This document shows positions 30,412 through 44,230 of a stretch of DNA of 64,000 nt, in pieces. A program made the position numbers and the translations under genes. Location of the stretch: NCBI RefSeq assembly GCF_000150275.1, contig NW_002060949.1:865836-929835 (forward strand), read 5' to 3'. The DNA is from Trichoplax adhaerens. Lineage: Eukaryota; Animalia; Placozoa. Below the pieces are notes generated by a model. That model had not been told where the DNA came from, did not search any database, and worked only from the letters and a program-made list of their open reading frames with translations. Position 1 is the stretch's first letter, and every line of letters starts with the position of its first letter.

Positions 30412-33400
30412 TCTTTTAAGTCTTGTTGTTTCAGTACTGTTTCAATAGCAATAATATAATATCCCTATTTTAAATAAAAATTCAATTAATTATATATTGT
30501 CATTATGTTACATTATTATCCTGTAATATTTTTTACTCTCCATTTATAATAATAGTGCAACTGAAATTTCATAAAAGTCTTCAGTCAAAAGACAACGATA
30601 TAGGTATACAAAGTGAATATCGGAAAAATGTTGAAAATATTCTAACCAACTGATATTCTACGCTTAACTTGAGCATGAAATTTTATAACCCTATCGACTA
30701 CTCTAGAGGGGAAAATACGATAAATTAGATAATTGTTCAATGAAAAAAATACCAACTGTACACTTGTTTCTCATATCTTACATCTAACAATATAATTCGC
30801 ATCAATTACTACAAGTAAATAATAATAATATTAAATATGGTAGACAAAAACGAAGACAAAATTAAGTTGACAAGCTATTTACTGCTGAATCTATTATATA
30901 AATACGTATATGTATCTAGATAAATGCGCTTACACCATCGATTTTATGGATGTATTTATGAACATCTTACGTCTAAGTACATTACTCTTATACATTAATG
31001 TTAAATTTGGATATGTTTTAATAGTCAACTAATAATGGACGATAATTTTATCTTCGACAATAGGTTATTTTACTAAATGATCATAAGACTCATAGCTGTA
31101 GTTTCTATCGTCATATTAGTACCAGTAAAACAATACTAAGAATTTGTAGTTAAGCTCAAAAATTTTAGGCTATTTTGATAATGGACTATATCTCTATCGG
31201 CTCGTTAAATGTTCCAGTGTTGATTGGCTATGAAAACATGATTAATTGGAAGATTTTAATGGGCACGCTAATATATTTATTGTTTGAATATTCTACCAAG
31301 TATGCATACAAATATGGCTAGGTATAATACAGAAAAGATAATAATTACTTAACGCTAGCTCTATTGAGATAAATTAAAAAAATAAAAAAGTTGCTTAATA
31401 AGGTAGAAATGTCCCAATTTTTCATCACTTTCTTTCACTGCGTATGTTTACCTAGCGAGTTATACTGCCTTCATATTTGGTTAACAGACGATTTCCGCGG
31501 CTACAAAAAAAACATATAGTAAATGGACTAGTATTAACAATAACATTAATTTTTCTTGACAGGACTTTTATCAAAGGACTTGACAACATACGTAAGCGTT
31601 GGGCATAGAGATCGAAATTAATCCAATAAATCCCCCAAAAGTAAAAACAGAACGATATTGTAATTATTTGTAACTGGTACCGACTATGAAAAGTACTGTA
31701 CTGTACAGCAGTAGTATGTTATTTACCAATACTAAGTTGAAAAGGTAAGCCAAGAACAGGCCTATAAATATCACCGCCATTTTAGTAAATTCACTATATA
31801 ACATCCAGCATTGCATGACTGATAAATCAACAATGCTTTTCTATGGTATTGTATTTTTTCATTAAAATTATCCATATTGTGCTAAGTTTAGCGATCTAAC
31901 TTTAGCCTATTTACTTAAGTTGCTTTAATTTTATAGAAACTCAGTACGCCGTATGGCAACTAATCATGGCAAAAGATTGCTATCTAGCCGATATTTTTCC
32001 AGGGCAGATTTTACTAAGCATGGTTAATGATGTCATCGACAAAGATTGCTATCTAATAAGGAGTGTAGTTTCTAAGTTCATACGCGTAATTAACGTTTGT
32101 GTGTAATATTACATATGTAAAAGACTAAGATTATGCATAAGCATGGAAATGATGAATTTATAACATCGATATAGTGTCTAATTTACCGTACACAAGATGT
32201 TAAGAGTGCGGGAATAAAAACTATGATTTGTAATAAAGGAAGTGGATCATGATAATGGGTTATTTTCTCATCTACCTTTCAATCGTATTCATACAAAACA
32301 ACATCACTTCTATATCGGTTTTTTAAAGTCTACTCTAGATATCAGTACTGTACTCGTATATAAGTAGTCCATTAGTAGTTCCATTGGATTGGATTATTAC
32401 AGCATGATTGGTCTTGATCGAAACGATCTGGTACTAAGATGATTCATTTTTAGACGTACTACATTGAAATCTATAAAGTCTACACTACAGTAGAACATAA
32501 TATAGCAGTTGTATCATCAATGGCAACTGTCACTTTTAACTTTGTAGGCAATATTGATTGCAATAATAGTCATTAAGGTACATTTTTTAACACTTTTCTG
32601 ATTGGAAGTAAATATTGAAAACTGTTTCTGAAATAGCATGATATTCTACAATAAAATCGGCGCCCTTCTTGAATGTTATCGATCACTCACTTTATGCACT
32701 CCACGATTGATAATAATAATAATAATATTAATGTGCTGTAGTCTAACATAATTTTAAACTTGTAAACGGCTTACAAGTATAATCAATATTGATTGAAGGG
32801 ATAAATTAGTCAAAGAGCTAGTAAAAAGAGCATATTGTATAGTAAGTTAGTAAAAGGCGAGTCAAGACTTTTTTTCCTCTTCAAAAGTCTGTGCAGTCCT
32901 CTTTTAGCATGCCAATCCTAGCTGTAAGGATATCGATGTGTGTAAAGTTTACTGTAAACACGGTGTAGCTGCAAGACCGTATTGTTCAACAATATCGATG
33001 ATGGTACAATATTTTATGAAGACATAGCATAGTAAATGTTGCTAAATTAATTCAATTTAGCAACTTTGAACCGAATGTTATCGTCAAGAGTTAAGCAATA
33101 AATAAATGATGTTGCTATTTAGTGGAATATTGGTGGTTATCAATACGCTTAGCAAAGCACTAGACAGTGCAGTCTACGTACATAGAGTATAACAAGGCAG
33201 TGCTAGTACTGGAGTAGGCGGATTGAAATCAGCAGTGTGATCGGGAGGATCATCCAAATTATCGTCTTAGTTGTACTGGATGTTATCCATTTTATGTAGA
33301 CAATTTTTTTTTCAACTTTTACTAATTTATGATGATATCGCATTAATAATTTGAACTGCTGTATAAAGATTATGAATAATAATAATTAATGGTTATTATT

Positions 33401-33989
33401 ATTATTATTCCATATTCTACGCCTATGCAAGCATTATTGATCAAACGATAACTTCATTTGGTTACCAATTCTCTCCTCATAAATTCATCCTATGCTGCTT
33501 TAAGTGATTGAAATCAGTACGACCTACTGTATCTCTACTGAATGTCTGATGGTTAGGATGAAAATTGAAACGACAAGATAATGGCCCAAAAAGTCTATTG
33601 AGTTAAGATAGTGTAGATAATTTGCAACTTCTTCCTTTAGCTGTCATGGCTGTTAGCTACATTAGTACTTGATCAATCTCATCAATTTGTACCTGAATGG
33701 CCGTCCATGAATCAACCAGTTCACACCAGTCTTGTAGATGTCAGCAAAACTACCTTCAATATAGCACGATCGGATAATTTTCGATTGGATAACGTATTGA
33801 TTACCGATAGGATAAAAGCAAAACGAATAATCTCTCCAAGTTAGAACAACAAAAAACAAGTCTACCACCAAATCTAAACTATTTATCTGTTTTGCGACAT
33901 ACTGGCGATTGTTTCTCTAATTACGGTAATGATCGCATGGTATCATTGGTATGGTACCCCAGGGTGTTCCCAGTGTGTTTTCTCCGCCT

Positions 33990-34560
33990 ATGTTGTACAG
34001 TGTACAGTGTACAGTACGTCTTATAACTACTGTACTGTAGAGATGCAGTTCAAAGGTCTTCCTAGTCAGGACCGGTCCGGTCCGGACCAGGGTCGACAGT
34101 ACAGTACATAGTACTGTATTTACTGCACTGTGGCAGTGTGCGGCTTTGTCTCATACCTTTTTCTTTTGCGACAACCAGACTAGACACCACACCTAAGCTA
34201 TTTGAGACTAGACTAAGTGGAAGAAAAAGAGAGCAGTTCTACTCGGAACCGAAGCTCTTTTTTTAAAACACATTCCCAAAGTTGTTAGCTGACACCACTA
34301 CTGTGGATAGACTGCATAGTAGAGTATAGTTTGTTGTGGATTGATCTTAGGAATCCTTGGTAGATTGTAGTATACAGTGTAGCATGCCCTTATTTCCAGA
34401 CAGATGGCGTTTGAAAGTACAGTACTGAACGCCTATAGTATACACTGTACTGTACTGTACAGTGTACAGCATAGGGGCACGTGTTGGCTACATACCCTAC
34501 AGTACAGTACAGTATGTACTATAATTAATATACAGTACAGTACAGTACAGTACGAGACAG
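33990..34560. promoter_or_regulatory. Putative MAST promoter / non-coding first exon region flanked by TACAG/TACTG pentamer clusters
   Basis: Dense TACAGTAC/GTACTGTA arrays at 33995-34130 and 34415-34555, locally higher GC, and a minus-strand donor AAAG|GTATGAG at 34157/34156 that would suit a 5'UTR exon of MAST. Confidence 0.55.
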
Positions 34561-35142
34561 ACAGACAGAAACATCCAGTTCGACGTGTTTATTTTTCATT
34601 TTCTTGAAGGTTGATTCTATTTGCCAGGGAGGGCAACAACCTTTTCGCTGAATGGCTTAAATCGCTGAAGCATTCTCAAATTTTGAATATTTCTCTCCTT
34701 AATTGATTTTAGACAATGACGTGGATAAAATGATTTCAATTTCGTCAGTCCAATGGCATTTATGTATTTACAATTGCCATTTCAACTACACTAGCGATGA
34801 TTACAAAATGACTGACATTGATCTGAATGGATAACCCATTCCTGGACGCCAGCTAAAATGGCCTACAGTTCATAGAGAATACCTAGTCTTGACATCGAAT
34901 TTTGTCCACTATAAACTACATGACATGTTATGCTTCATAGAATAATCATTTATTCAACAGTAAATTTCAAATTGAATGCAGTTGCTAAGGGAAGTGGAAA
35001 ATAATGACGATAGTCAACTTGATTGTATACTGTAGACAGTGCGGGCAATATTGATCCTGAAAATATAGGGGAGAAAAAAAATGTTATGATAATCATCTAG
35101 GATTGAATATTAAATTATCCCGAGATGTTCATATTTCAGAGG

Positions 35143-35213
35143 TTTAGACTTCGTGATGGAACATTATACCATATTTTAGACATTTAGACTTCGCGATGGA
35201 ACATTATACCATA
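35143..35213. repeat. 31-bp direct repeat, 2 copies, 40-bp period
   Basis: TTTAGACTTCG(T/C)GATGGAACATTATACCATA at 35143-35173 and 35183-35213, one mismatch. Confidence 0.9.
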
Positions 35214-38084
35214 GAAATTCATACCAAAATGGATAACGGCATAGGGCTTTCCAGACTCAAATATCATACTACTATAGAATAATAATGTATAAGCGTAAAC
35301 GCACTAAAATAAAATACTGTATGAGAAGCAGAGGAAGGAAATTTTTTCTCATTTCTCCCTCACTGATATCTGATTCGATACTGATTTCGTCCCATACAGT
35401 AAAATTAATCTACTCTTGATAGCAAGCAATGCCTCGGATGAATCCTTTTGTCAATCTTGTTCCTTTTCTCGAATCCACCTGCTCTGCTCTATATTGTTGT
35501 ATATTTAAATAAATAAAAGATGAAATCTTCATCAGATTGCAAAGAGAATCAAATGAGCCCTTACTATCGATACTATCCGCAACATGAAGTACTATATAGT
35601 AGTTGAAAATGGATGTGATAGTGCAGAATTTTTTTTCGCTTATGAAGGGAAATAATTAAGATAACTTTATCTTGTCTTAGCCATGATATAACTATACTAA
35701 TGAGTATACACTGTACTGTACATAAATAATAAAATAAAATTCTGGGTCAATAAAAACAGTTGATACTATCAATCCTCTAATTTACAAGCAATGATAGCAC
35801 AACAGCTATAACGAAAATACTCATGATACCTTTTGATTTGCACACAGTAAAAAGTAAAATTGTCGAAAAGACTATATGCTATATTGTATGTAGCACAAAT
35901 TATCATGTAGGGATGATTTGATATAGAAGGAATCCATACTAAACTGCTGCAAATATCACGTATGATGAGCATATGATAAGTAATGGAGTCAAAGAAAAGG
36001 CTATACTGTGGATATAATCATATAAATTCTATGTTGACAACTCCAACGATGTTACAAGTGCGAGCATACTACTCGCCTATGACGTATAAATCATGCAAAT
36101 CAATCAATCATTGGGAATCCTTGATAATTCAACATAATCTATAGATACATAAAGTTGTCATGAATCAGATAGACAATCTCGATTCACGTTTTACTTCAGC
36201 TATCAACTAGATTACGCATTTGAATAATAATAACTTGACAGCCACAAAATAGAACTGGCAATTAACCCATTTTTCCTGTCTTGACAATAACTATAAAACT
36301 GAACATCTACTCGGGAATGACGTAATATAAGAAAAGTTATATTGATTGGTAAAAAAGCCAGATAGAAAATCCATTCTAATAGTTGATTATCAACCTTATT
36401 CAAATGACAATAAAAAATTTTGTCAATTCAATCAATAAATTTATTACACCTGTTATAATAAGCTAATCAAACATTAAATTAGCAAGATATTATGCTCCAA
36501 TCTAATTAAAATCCAGTATCTAATTTCCAATGCATTAATTGTTTTTATTGCTTAAATGAAAATCAATCAAAACGTCATGATATTAACTTTGAAAGCAAAT
36601 TAAAATTGCTTCTGATCGCTAAATTTCTATTGATATCTTCATAGTTTATCCCAATTTTTCTCTGGAAACCACTTCATCGTTTCCTACATCTGATAATTAT
36701 TAGTAACGAAAGATACTCTATTCGCTACCCATTTAATATCGGAATGGTCATCGTTTAGTCATGACTAACAAATTAATATAGAATTAGGAATGTTGAAGAA
36801 TACCACTAGAATTCGATTAATTGGCAAGATTCAATCTATTTTCCATGCGTGTTTATGCCCATTTTACTTATACACGAGTATAGCATTCATATGATATCAT
36901 GAAATAAGCATTAGTGATTGAAATTTTAATGGTGGCATTATTAAACAGGCCAATTTTTCCTTCGACCGATGATTTTCATAACTGTATAATCGCATCATTG
37001 TTACGAAGATTTGACGTCATTTTATTTTTCTGAACTTCCAGATGGTTATATTTTAAGGATATATGTTCCTTTTAATTCAATTCACTTTCAACTATGCAAT
37101 TAGCAATAGTACATGATAGATTTAACTAATGTTATAGTAACAATTTAAGATTTGGAAGTTTATCTTTTTTACAAGACAAAAAGATGCAAGTATTATTTTA
37201 TTGCCTGATGGATTATACAAAGAATTTAAATCGTGAATATGAAGACTTCTCATAATTGCATTATAACTTGATAGCACCGGCTGGTATTCTCCAGGATAGT
37301 ATATATACAGTAATATAAAATGATAGGCAGATTATGCGAGTCTTACGATCAATCAACAGGGATACAAATGGATGGAGTAATTTTACAAATAGAAATTAAA
37401 GACTGATTTTATTATTCTACGCTAATATTGATCCATTCAAAGTTAACAATAAAAATATTCAAAAATCTTTTGATCATTTTTGATCTAATTAATACAATAA
37501 ATCATCCAATGTTAATGATCGAATAATCATCTACTTGACTCAATTTGATGACGTAGATAACTTTTATCAAGGAAAAGAATATTTAAAGAAAGGATTATTA
37601 AAGTCTCGATTAGATTAGTGATTGACGATCATTTACTAGTCTTTATCAGCTAGAACCATCAGTTATTAGATTTAAAGAATGTACAGTACATAAATTCATA
37701 ACATTCAATTCTCTGATTTTAGACTTTATCCATTAAAAAATAAATACGTCAACATGCGTAACTATTAAAGTGAGATATTTAATCATGATCACAACTGCAG
37801 CTCTTATTTTTGCTTTAAAATATGAGGTATTATCTAGTTAAATTCTATCGTAACGTATGCAATTAATATTAGAGATAAGCTAAAGAAGATAAAAGTATCA
37901 TCAAATTATAAATTTACAAAATATCAACTTAATTCAATTCCCATTCTACTTTTAATATTCGCAATTAATCAGTGAATATGAAAATTCAAATTATGTTTGA
38001 TTCTTTCGCATAGCTAAATCAACCGTACAATTTCAATATTACTTCCTGTCTTTCATTTCTTTATTTCATTTTCAATGCTATTCA

Positions 38085-40400
38085 TTGCCATCCTTACGGA
38101 ATAACAAGCAAAAATTGAATGGTATTCCTGATATTAACCTTATTGATAGCTGCACTATTCTTGATCTTTTCTACGGTAGAATTCTTCAACTTTATAACGT
38201 AATGCATATTTCAATTGCTTCTTTATTTGATAGTGGCACTATAGATATACTGCAATTATTGTTAGTATACAGTATACCGTTGTCATTACTACTATTATTA
38301 GAGAATTATTATTACAAGATTCTAGAAGGCATAAACAATGCCAGCTGCACCTGTACTTTAAAAATCTAACAATCCTCAATACATTGATTTCTAAAAGGAA
38401 ATTAATTTGAAAATTTTTTCCTTTATGTGGTAAGTCTGCTACATTGTATGTGGCTGCTGAATCAAGATGAATATCTCCAGAATTACACTATAGGATTGAA
38501 TTATAAATTTGCCGGAGTAAATAATATGTTTTATAAATATGCAGTAATTATTACAAGATGATATCCTCATCTAGATGTAGTTTATGTCATTGAATAACTA
38601 TTAAGTGAGGAAATATTAACAATAGTCGGAAATCGGATTAAAACTTTTTTTTCTGTTATTAGAGTGCATATTTTCACAAAGATAGATTAAATAAATCTTC
38701 ATATCTAGACAGAAGTAAAAATCTTCTACTCCATTTATTTTATTTCTGTCCTGATAGATATATGAGCCTATCTAAAATTTATTTTTAATTCTACTTAAAA
38801 ATATATTGTTATCAATCATTCTGAAAGAATAGTAGTAATGAATAGAGCCTTATTTGAATGATACAATGCCAATTTTAATTAAAAATAGTTATTATTTGAC
38901 ATTAGCAAATTAGTATTCATAGTTTAACTTTAATAATAAGGTGTTTGTATTTTGGAGATGTTAACATCAATTCTAGCAAGACTAGCCAAGTAACCATGCT
39001 TTAGATAAAAATTAATGTTAAATATTTATATTAACCATAGGTTTGCTGAATCTTACTCTAAGTCAATTCTCAAAACTTACAATCTATAAATTATATTATA
39101 TAAACTTATGCGTGTGCTATCAATAGCAAATATTATGATACAGATGACAATCCAAGATGCTTTGCCAGAAAAATCTAATAAAACAGATATTATAAGTAAA
39201 ATTATTTTTATTAGTCCGACATTAGGCAATTGCTATTCTGAACCGAATCTACAAGTTCTAGATTCTAAAATATAATTTAAAGGCCTATGCTCTGAATAGG
39301 GATGCTTGAATGTTATAGTAAAGATAATAATTTATGCTTTAAGCTGATGCCATTATAACACTCATTGTCGTCATAGTATCGTTATAAACAGGAAATTGAT
39401 AAATAAATTAAGGCTATATAATAATTTAATCGATAACATGCCCAGTACCTTAAGTTGAAGTTACAGAGCCTGCTGCAATTTATCGCTTTACTATAAGTAT
39501 CGTTATTACCATTCTATTACTATTGTGCAGTAATTATTTATTAATAAGATTGTGTACTTAATATGTTATGCTTGTATGAAGTCAAATACTCTTTCGACAC
39601 TTATCCGTATTTCTTAATTAAAGTTTTCTCTAGATGTAATCCTTAATCTAAAAATAATACGCACATAGCACAGAATTTAAATCTAATCTTCGATGAAATT
39701 AGTAGTAAAGCAATAAGGTCTTTAATCCACTCGCGCTCAAAGGCTGTATCTAAGGGATATCGTCACATAATATTAACGTAATTGGAAAGGATACGAGAAA
39801 GCGAAACACTATAAATCTTTGATATAACACCAATTTTAGTCCCAAATAGATATTATTTAACATTAATCGGAACCGTCATTATTTGTTAATTACTAATCGT
39901 TTTCCAAATTTTAATTTTATTATGCAATACTTTCAGCTAATTAATTGAATAGGTAGTTTTATGGTGACAAGGAATTATTATTTGAGTGATGTTAACGTCT
40001 GCTCTAGCAAAAATAAGCAAGTCATACTGTGGATGAATTAGTAATAATATAGTTATAAGGTATTAGTCTTAGCTAGTTAAACTATTTTGGATAAATCTTA
40101 TTCTATATCAAATGTAGAAATTTTGAAATTTATTAGTTACGTAAAGAAGAGTTAAGAAAAGGACTTCATTTTTTACTTATTTGATATAAAATGCATATTT
40201 TAAATGTATTTTAAGTAACTATGCAACATCAGTTTGATTCAGAATAGATATATCTACTTAGTTAATAAAATTACGTTTAACATGTATTAATTTATAGACG
40301 TGTCGTAATACCAAGCAAGATAGGCTTAATTAATTAAAATATTTATAAATAAGGTACCGGTAATCACTGTAATTTGTTGTGATATATTGTAAGAATAATT
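38085..40400 (+). pseudogene. Possible heavily decayed leucine-rich-repeat gene
   Basis: Fragments in different frames, separated by stops: NNKQKLNGIPDINLIDSCTILDLFYGRILQL (LRR N-cap-like, ~38100), EILTIVGNRIKTF (~38610), MRVLSIANIMIQ (~39108), PNLQVLD (~39243). There is also an internal diverged duplication at 38938/39969. Confidence 0.4.
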
Positions 40401-41571
40401 TAAGGAGAGAACTGATAAATATATTGACAGTGAATAAGGTAACTTACCTTAAGGCTATATTATTTACATTTATAAAAGGCTAGCTATTAACTGCAGATCT
40501 GCTGTTTCTGCAATTTCTATGAATTAGATTATCTTTTGGATCTTTGTATTGATGATCTGGCTAAAACCTGATCCAGGCTATTATACATAATAACCGACTA
40601 AAGTCCGAATTAAGAGCAAAAATATTAGAATTTCGGGCTTTAACCGGCTATGCCAGTGCTTTAAGTATAGTATTAATCAGATTAATAGATTTTATTGCTC
40701 TATGGCAGTGTTTAGAAATGTACTGAAGTGACTGTACAACTACACACTAATCACATATACGTTGATTCTAATAACGTAATTCGCTACAAAATTGACTTTC
40801 TATAAGTAACAATCACAAAGTTTGCGTGATCAATTTAATCGAATATATACGGTACCCAGTACTCGTATTTATTTGTTTTGTTATATTATATTTTAGGTTA
40901 AACGACAATTAACTCAGTTTGTACTTTTTGTCAATATTTCGGAAACCTATTTCGATTGCATAAAATACTGTACCATACAATCATTCTAAAATATAATGGA
41001 TGATGCATCACATGGTCTAACTCAAAAATATAGCTATACTACATTGTATATAATCGAAATATGCTTGTGCATAGGAAGCGAAGACTTAAATTGATTGCTG
41101 CATTGCTTTAGAAAGTGATCTGACAAAAATAAGCACTATTCCTGTACTGGTCAAATTGAATCCATAGTGTTGAAATACGGCTAGATGATCTGCTATCGAT
41201 AATTATAAATTACTGTAGTTATTTATTCTCCGAATAATCAACTCTCATAGTAGCAAAATTTGTCTACAGTATTTAGCAATGTGCCAATGGAATTCGAGCA
41301 TACTACATAATAAGCTACGATATCCCTGCCAGGGTTCGACATCGGATAATGTCGATAATTGTGATCAGTGAATTGGTTACAGATAATTAAATTATTGTTA
41401 ACACATTTTTACCGTTAATCCTAAGAAGAAAAATTGGCTATTCTCAGAAATTGATAATAAATTATTTCTTCGACTTTCAATATAGATTATTCAAGTTTCT
41501 ATCGATAAATCATTCATTTTTGCAGTAAAGATTTCATGGCAGATAAATTTGTATGCAAGATTTGAATTATC

Positions 41572-44230
41572 ATGGTTAAATCTGTTGTCGTATTTTTTCT
41601 AGCGATATGTCAGATATCTATGGCTTCAAGGTTGACTGAGCTGGATTGCAATATAACTAGCAATAAGCCCTCAATTACGAAATCAATTTTAGACATCGTG
41701 ATGCATCCTATGGTCTTTCGATCAAGTATAGAATTTTTTTCACTGGTTCATCACAGAGCCAGAAACTTGCTAACGATATGACCATTGCAGTATACAAAAG
41801 AAATGGGATACCCTCTTACTCATTTACCTCCAGGGTTTACAGTGCTGTCGAATGATTTGCCGTTAATATTGGCCAAACCTGATAGGAATATCACTAATAC
41901 TACCATGCAGATAGTATGAGTAAATTCAGAAACAGATTTCACTGATCACTGTAAACGGGATAAAAAGTATCATTGCTTATTTGTTCAATACTTCTCTAGC
42001 TGAACTACACAGTAATAGCAAAACGCGAATATATGTATGTTCTGAAAGCTGATATTTTTATAAAGATCACAACAAGGTGATTCGTGTCGACGTCAACGCG
42101 ACATCTTGGTTTGAGTTTTACATAATTTTAGCGTACATGGTCTCATTTCTGATTATATCCAAGTTATTTCTTTAGACTTTCCATAATTATCATTCTTTAA
42201 TTAACACCATCGCCACTACAAATGGCGACAAATGATTCGTACATCTAAATTACTTGATTTCGCGAGTATTGTGAAGGTATTCATTATTTACAGATGTGTT
42301 CCAGAAAGGGAGCATTACCAAATACTTGTGGTTATACTGATATTAATTTTGCTTTGGATATTTCTATACCAATCTATGTGGCTATACGCATATTTCATAC
42401 TGGTATCTTGGGAATTTGATCTTCCTCATTTATGGTTTTTCAAGCAAGCATTTGTCACGTTATCTACAAGGCCAGATTTCTTCGCTTGCAGTTGCCTTGT
42501 GCTATTAATATATTGCAAGGTGTTATTATCATCTTTGTTATCGTCTATACAGTATTATAATACGAGATAAGCTACGGTATTACCATATAATCCGGGGAGT
42601 TATACATAGTATGAGAGAGAAAGTAGACAGTGGAAAAAGGGAGTAATAATATTTTATTTAAGTAGTCCCTGGTATTACAACAACTCCGGCGATGTTGCGA
42701 CAGTATTACAAATATCTACAGCTTCGCAGTTCACTCGGGCGGGTTGAGATCTGATACCTGTAGAGAATGGTACAGCCTCAACTAGTAAATTAACGATCGG
42801 AGTCATGATCTACCTACCGCTTTTTGTTGGAGTACACAATTTTGATTAATCATCTATCCTCGAATACTGCCGATCATTTTTCTGACAGTACAAGTTTCGT
42901 GGCATACAATGAAAAAGGTTTCACTCTTACACACTTGCTGCTACAGTCTACCTTTCTGCTCATGGCTTGCCAGGATATTTAACCAATTCTACTAAGACAG
43001 TAGCCGTGGCTAACCTGCGACTTATATGTACATATGATTCTTTTCTTTGCGTGATCGTTTGGAATGAACATTTCATCGGTTATTTATTGAATTATCCACT
43101 AGTTGAACTACCTTACAGTAAAACGCCGCTATACGCGTATGTGAGTTCTATTAGCTACTGCTTTTAAAAATTTCAAGATAAATAGATCAGTACCGATTTT
43201 TATTCAATTTATTGATTCCAAATTGCCGTCTATTTTCTTTATGCACTCTCTTTATATTTTGTTTTCAAATTCTTACTTTCCATTTTCTATAATCATCATC
43301 CTGTAAATAATGGTATGAGGTTTATAAGCGGCTAATAAATGGTTTGCACTTCAATATCATTCCGTTTCGCAATAATCGTGAAGGCACTCATCTACAGAAG
43401 CGTTGCGGAAAAAAAGCAATAATAATTACTTTTAGCGATGCTGAAATTAATTCTGCTTTGGATATTTCATTACTAGTCTATAACGTGTTATCATTTCAGT
43501 ACATCGATTCCCATCGAGATCTTCTGCTTTACACTGATGCACTTCCTGTAATATTTATAAGATCAGCATTGCTAGCTTACAGAATTAAATATCTGCATAC
43601 AACTACAACCACAAACTTTGTTTGTGGGCCTATACTTGTTACAAAGTATTTTATTGTTGATAATCATGTGTACTATAAAAAACACAGATGCTTAACATTC
43701 CCAAAATTCTAAACTGCCTAAAAGTGTCTAATGATTGGTTCACATCTTCTATGAAGGATGCTTTTGCGAAATCTTACACTAGTTCCGCTTACATGTATTT
43801 ATTTATGCTATTGCTTTCAAAGTGAATGACTTTAATACCAAATCCAAAGGTTGCTATAAATATTTTCTCGTAATCTATTTTACCACAGCTTTTATTAATC
43901 TCTTCTACCTCTTGACGTATTTACTGTTAATTGCTAGCGGTGTAGCTACTGCCACACTAAGCTACTGCGCATATACAGTAGATGTAGTGGCTAATACTAA
44001 CGCTACTCTGGCTTTATTCTAAATGATGCAATATTGCTGCTATCCTCTCATCAAAATACAATACGAATAACACCTTTATAAAAGCAAATAAAATGATTCA
44101 CTGTCAATTTTGTCACCGATCAAGAGCGAACGTATTGCAATAATTATTTTATAGACATGTCGTACTCGAACTCTTAATCATACATTTAAACGAGTCTGCT
44201 CTCATCTTTTTTTGGATCGTATCATAGCTT
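41572..44230 (+). pseudogene. Decayed intronless gene for a signal-peptide, multi-TM membrane protein (family not identified)
   Basis: ATG at 41572 encodes a signal-peptide-like N-terminus (MVKSVVVFFLAICQISMA). ORF fragments starting at 41572, 42232, 42967 and 43822 all share one frame. They are interrupted by stops and apparent frameshifts, with hydrophobic segments downstream. Confidence 0.55.

Noticed and set aside
33929-34607. ORFs 33929-34111 and 34404-34607
   Set aside because: Same TACAG-repeat artefact in a promoter-like region.
35143-35213. 31-bp direct repeats resembling a CRISPR repeat
   Set aside because: Only two copies with a 9-nt gap, a eukaryotic context and no cas genes. 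This is a simple tandem duplication.
41779-42003. Three consecutive in-frame TGA codons (41779, 41917, 42001) suggesting a selenoprotein or stop readthrough
   Set aside because: TAA/TAG stops and apparent frameshifts follow soon after (42013 onward), the contexts are not redox-like and no SECIS was recognised. Pseudogene decay is simpler.
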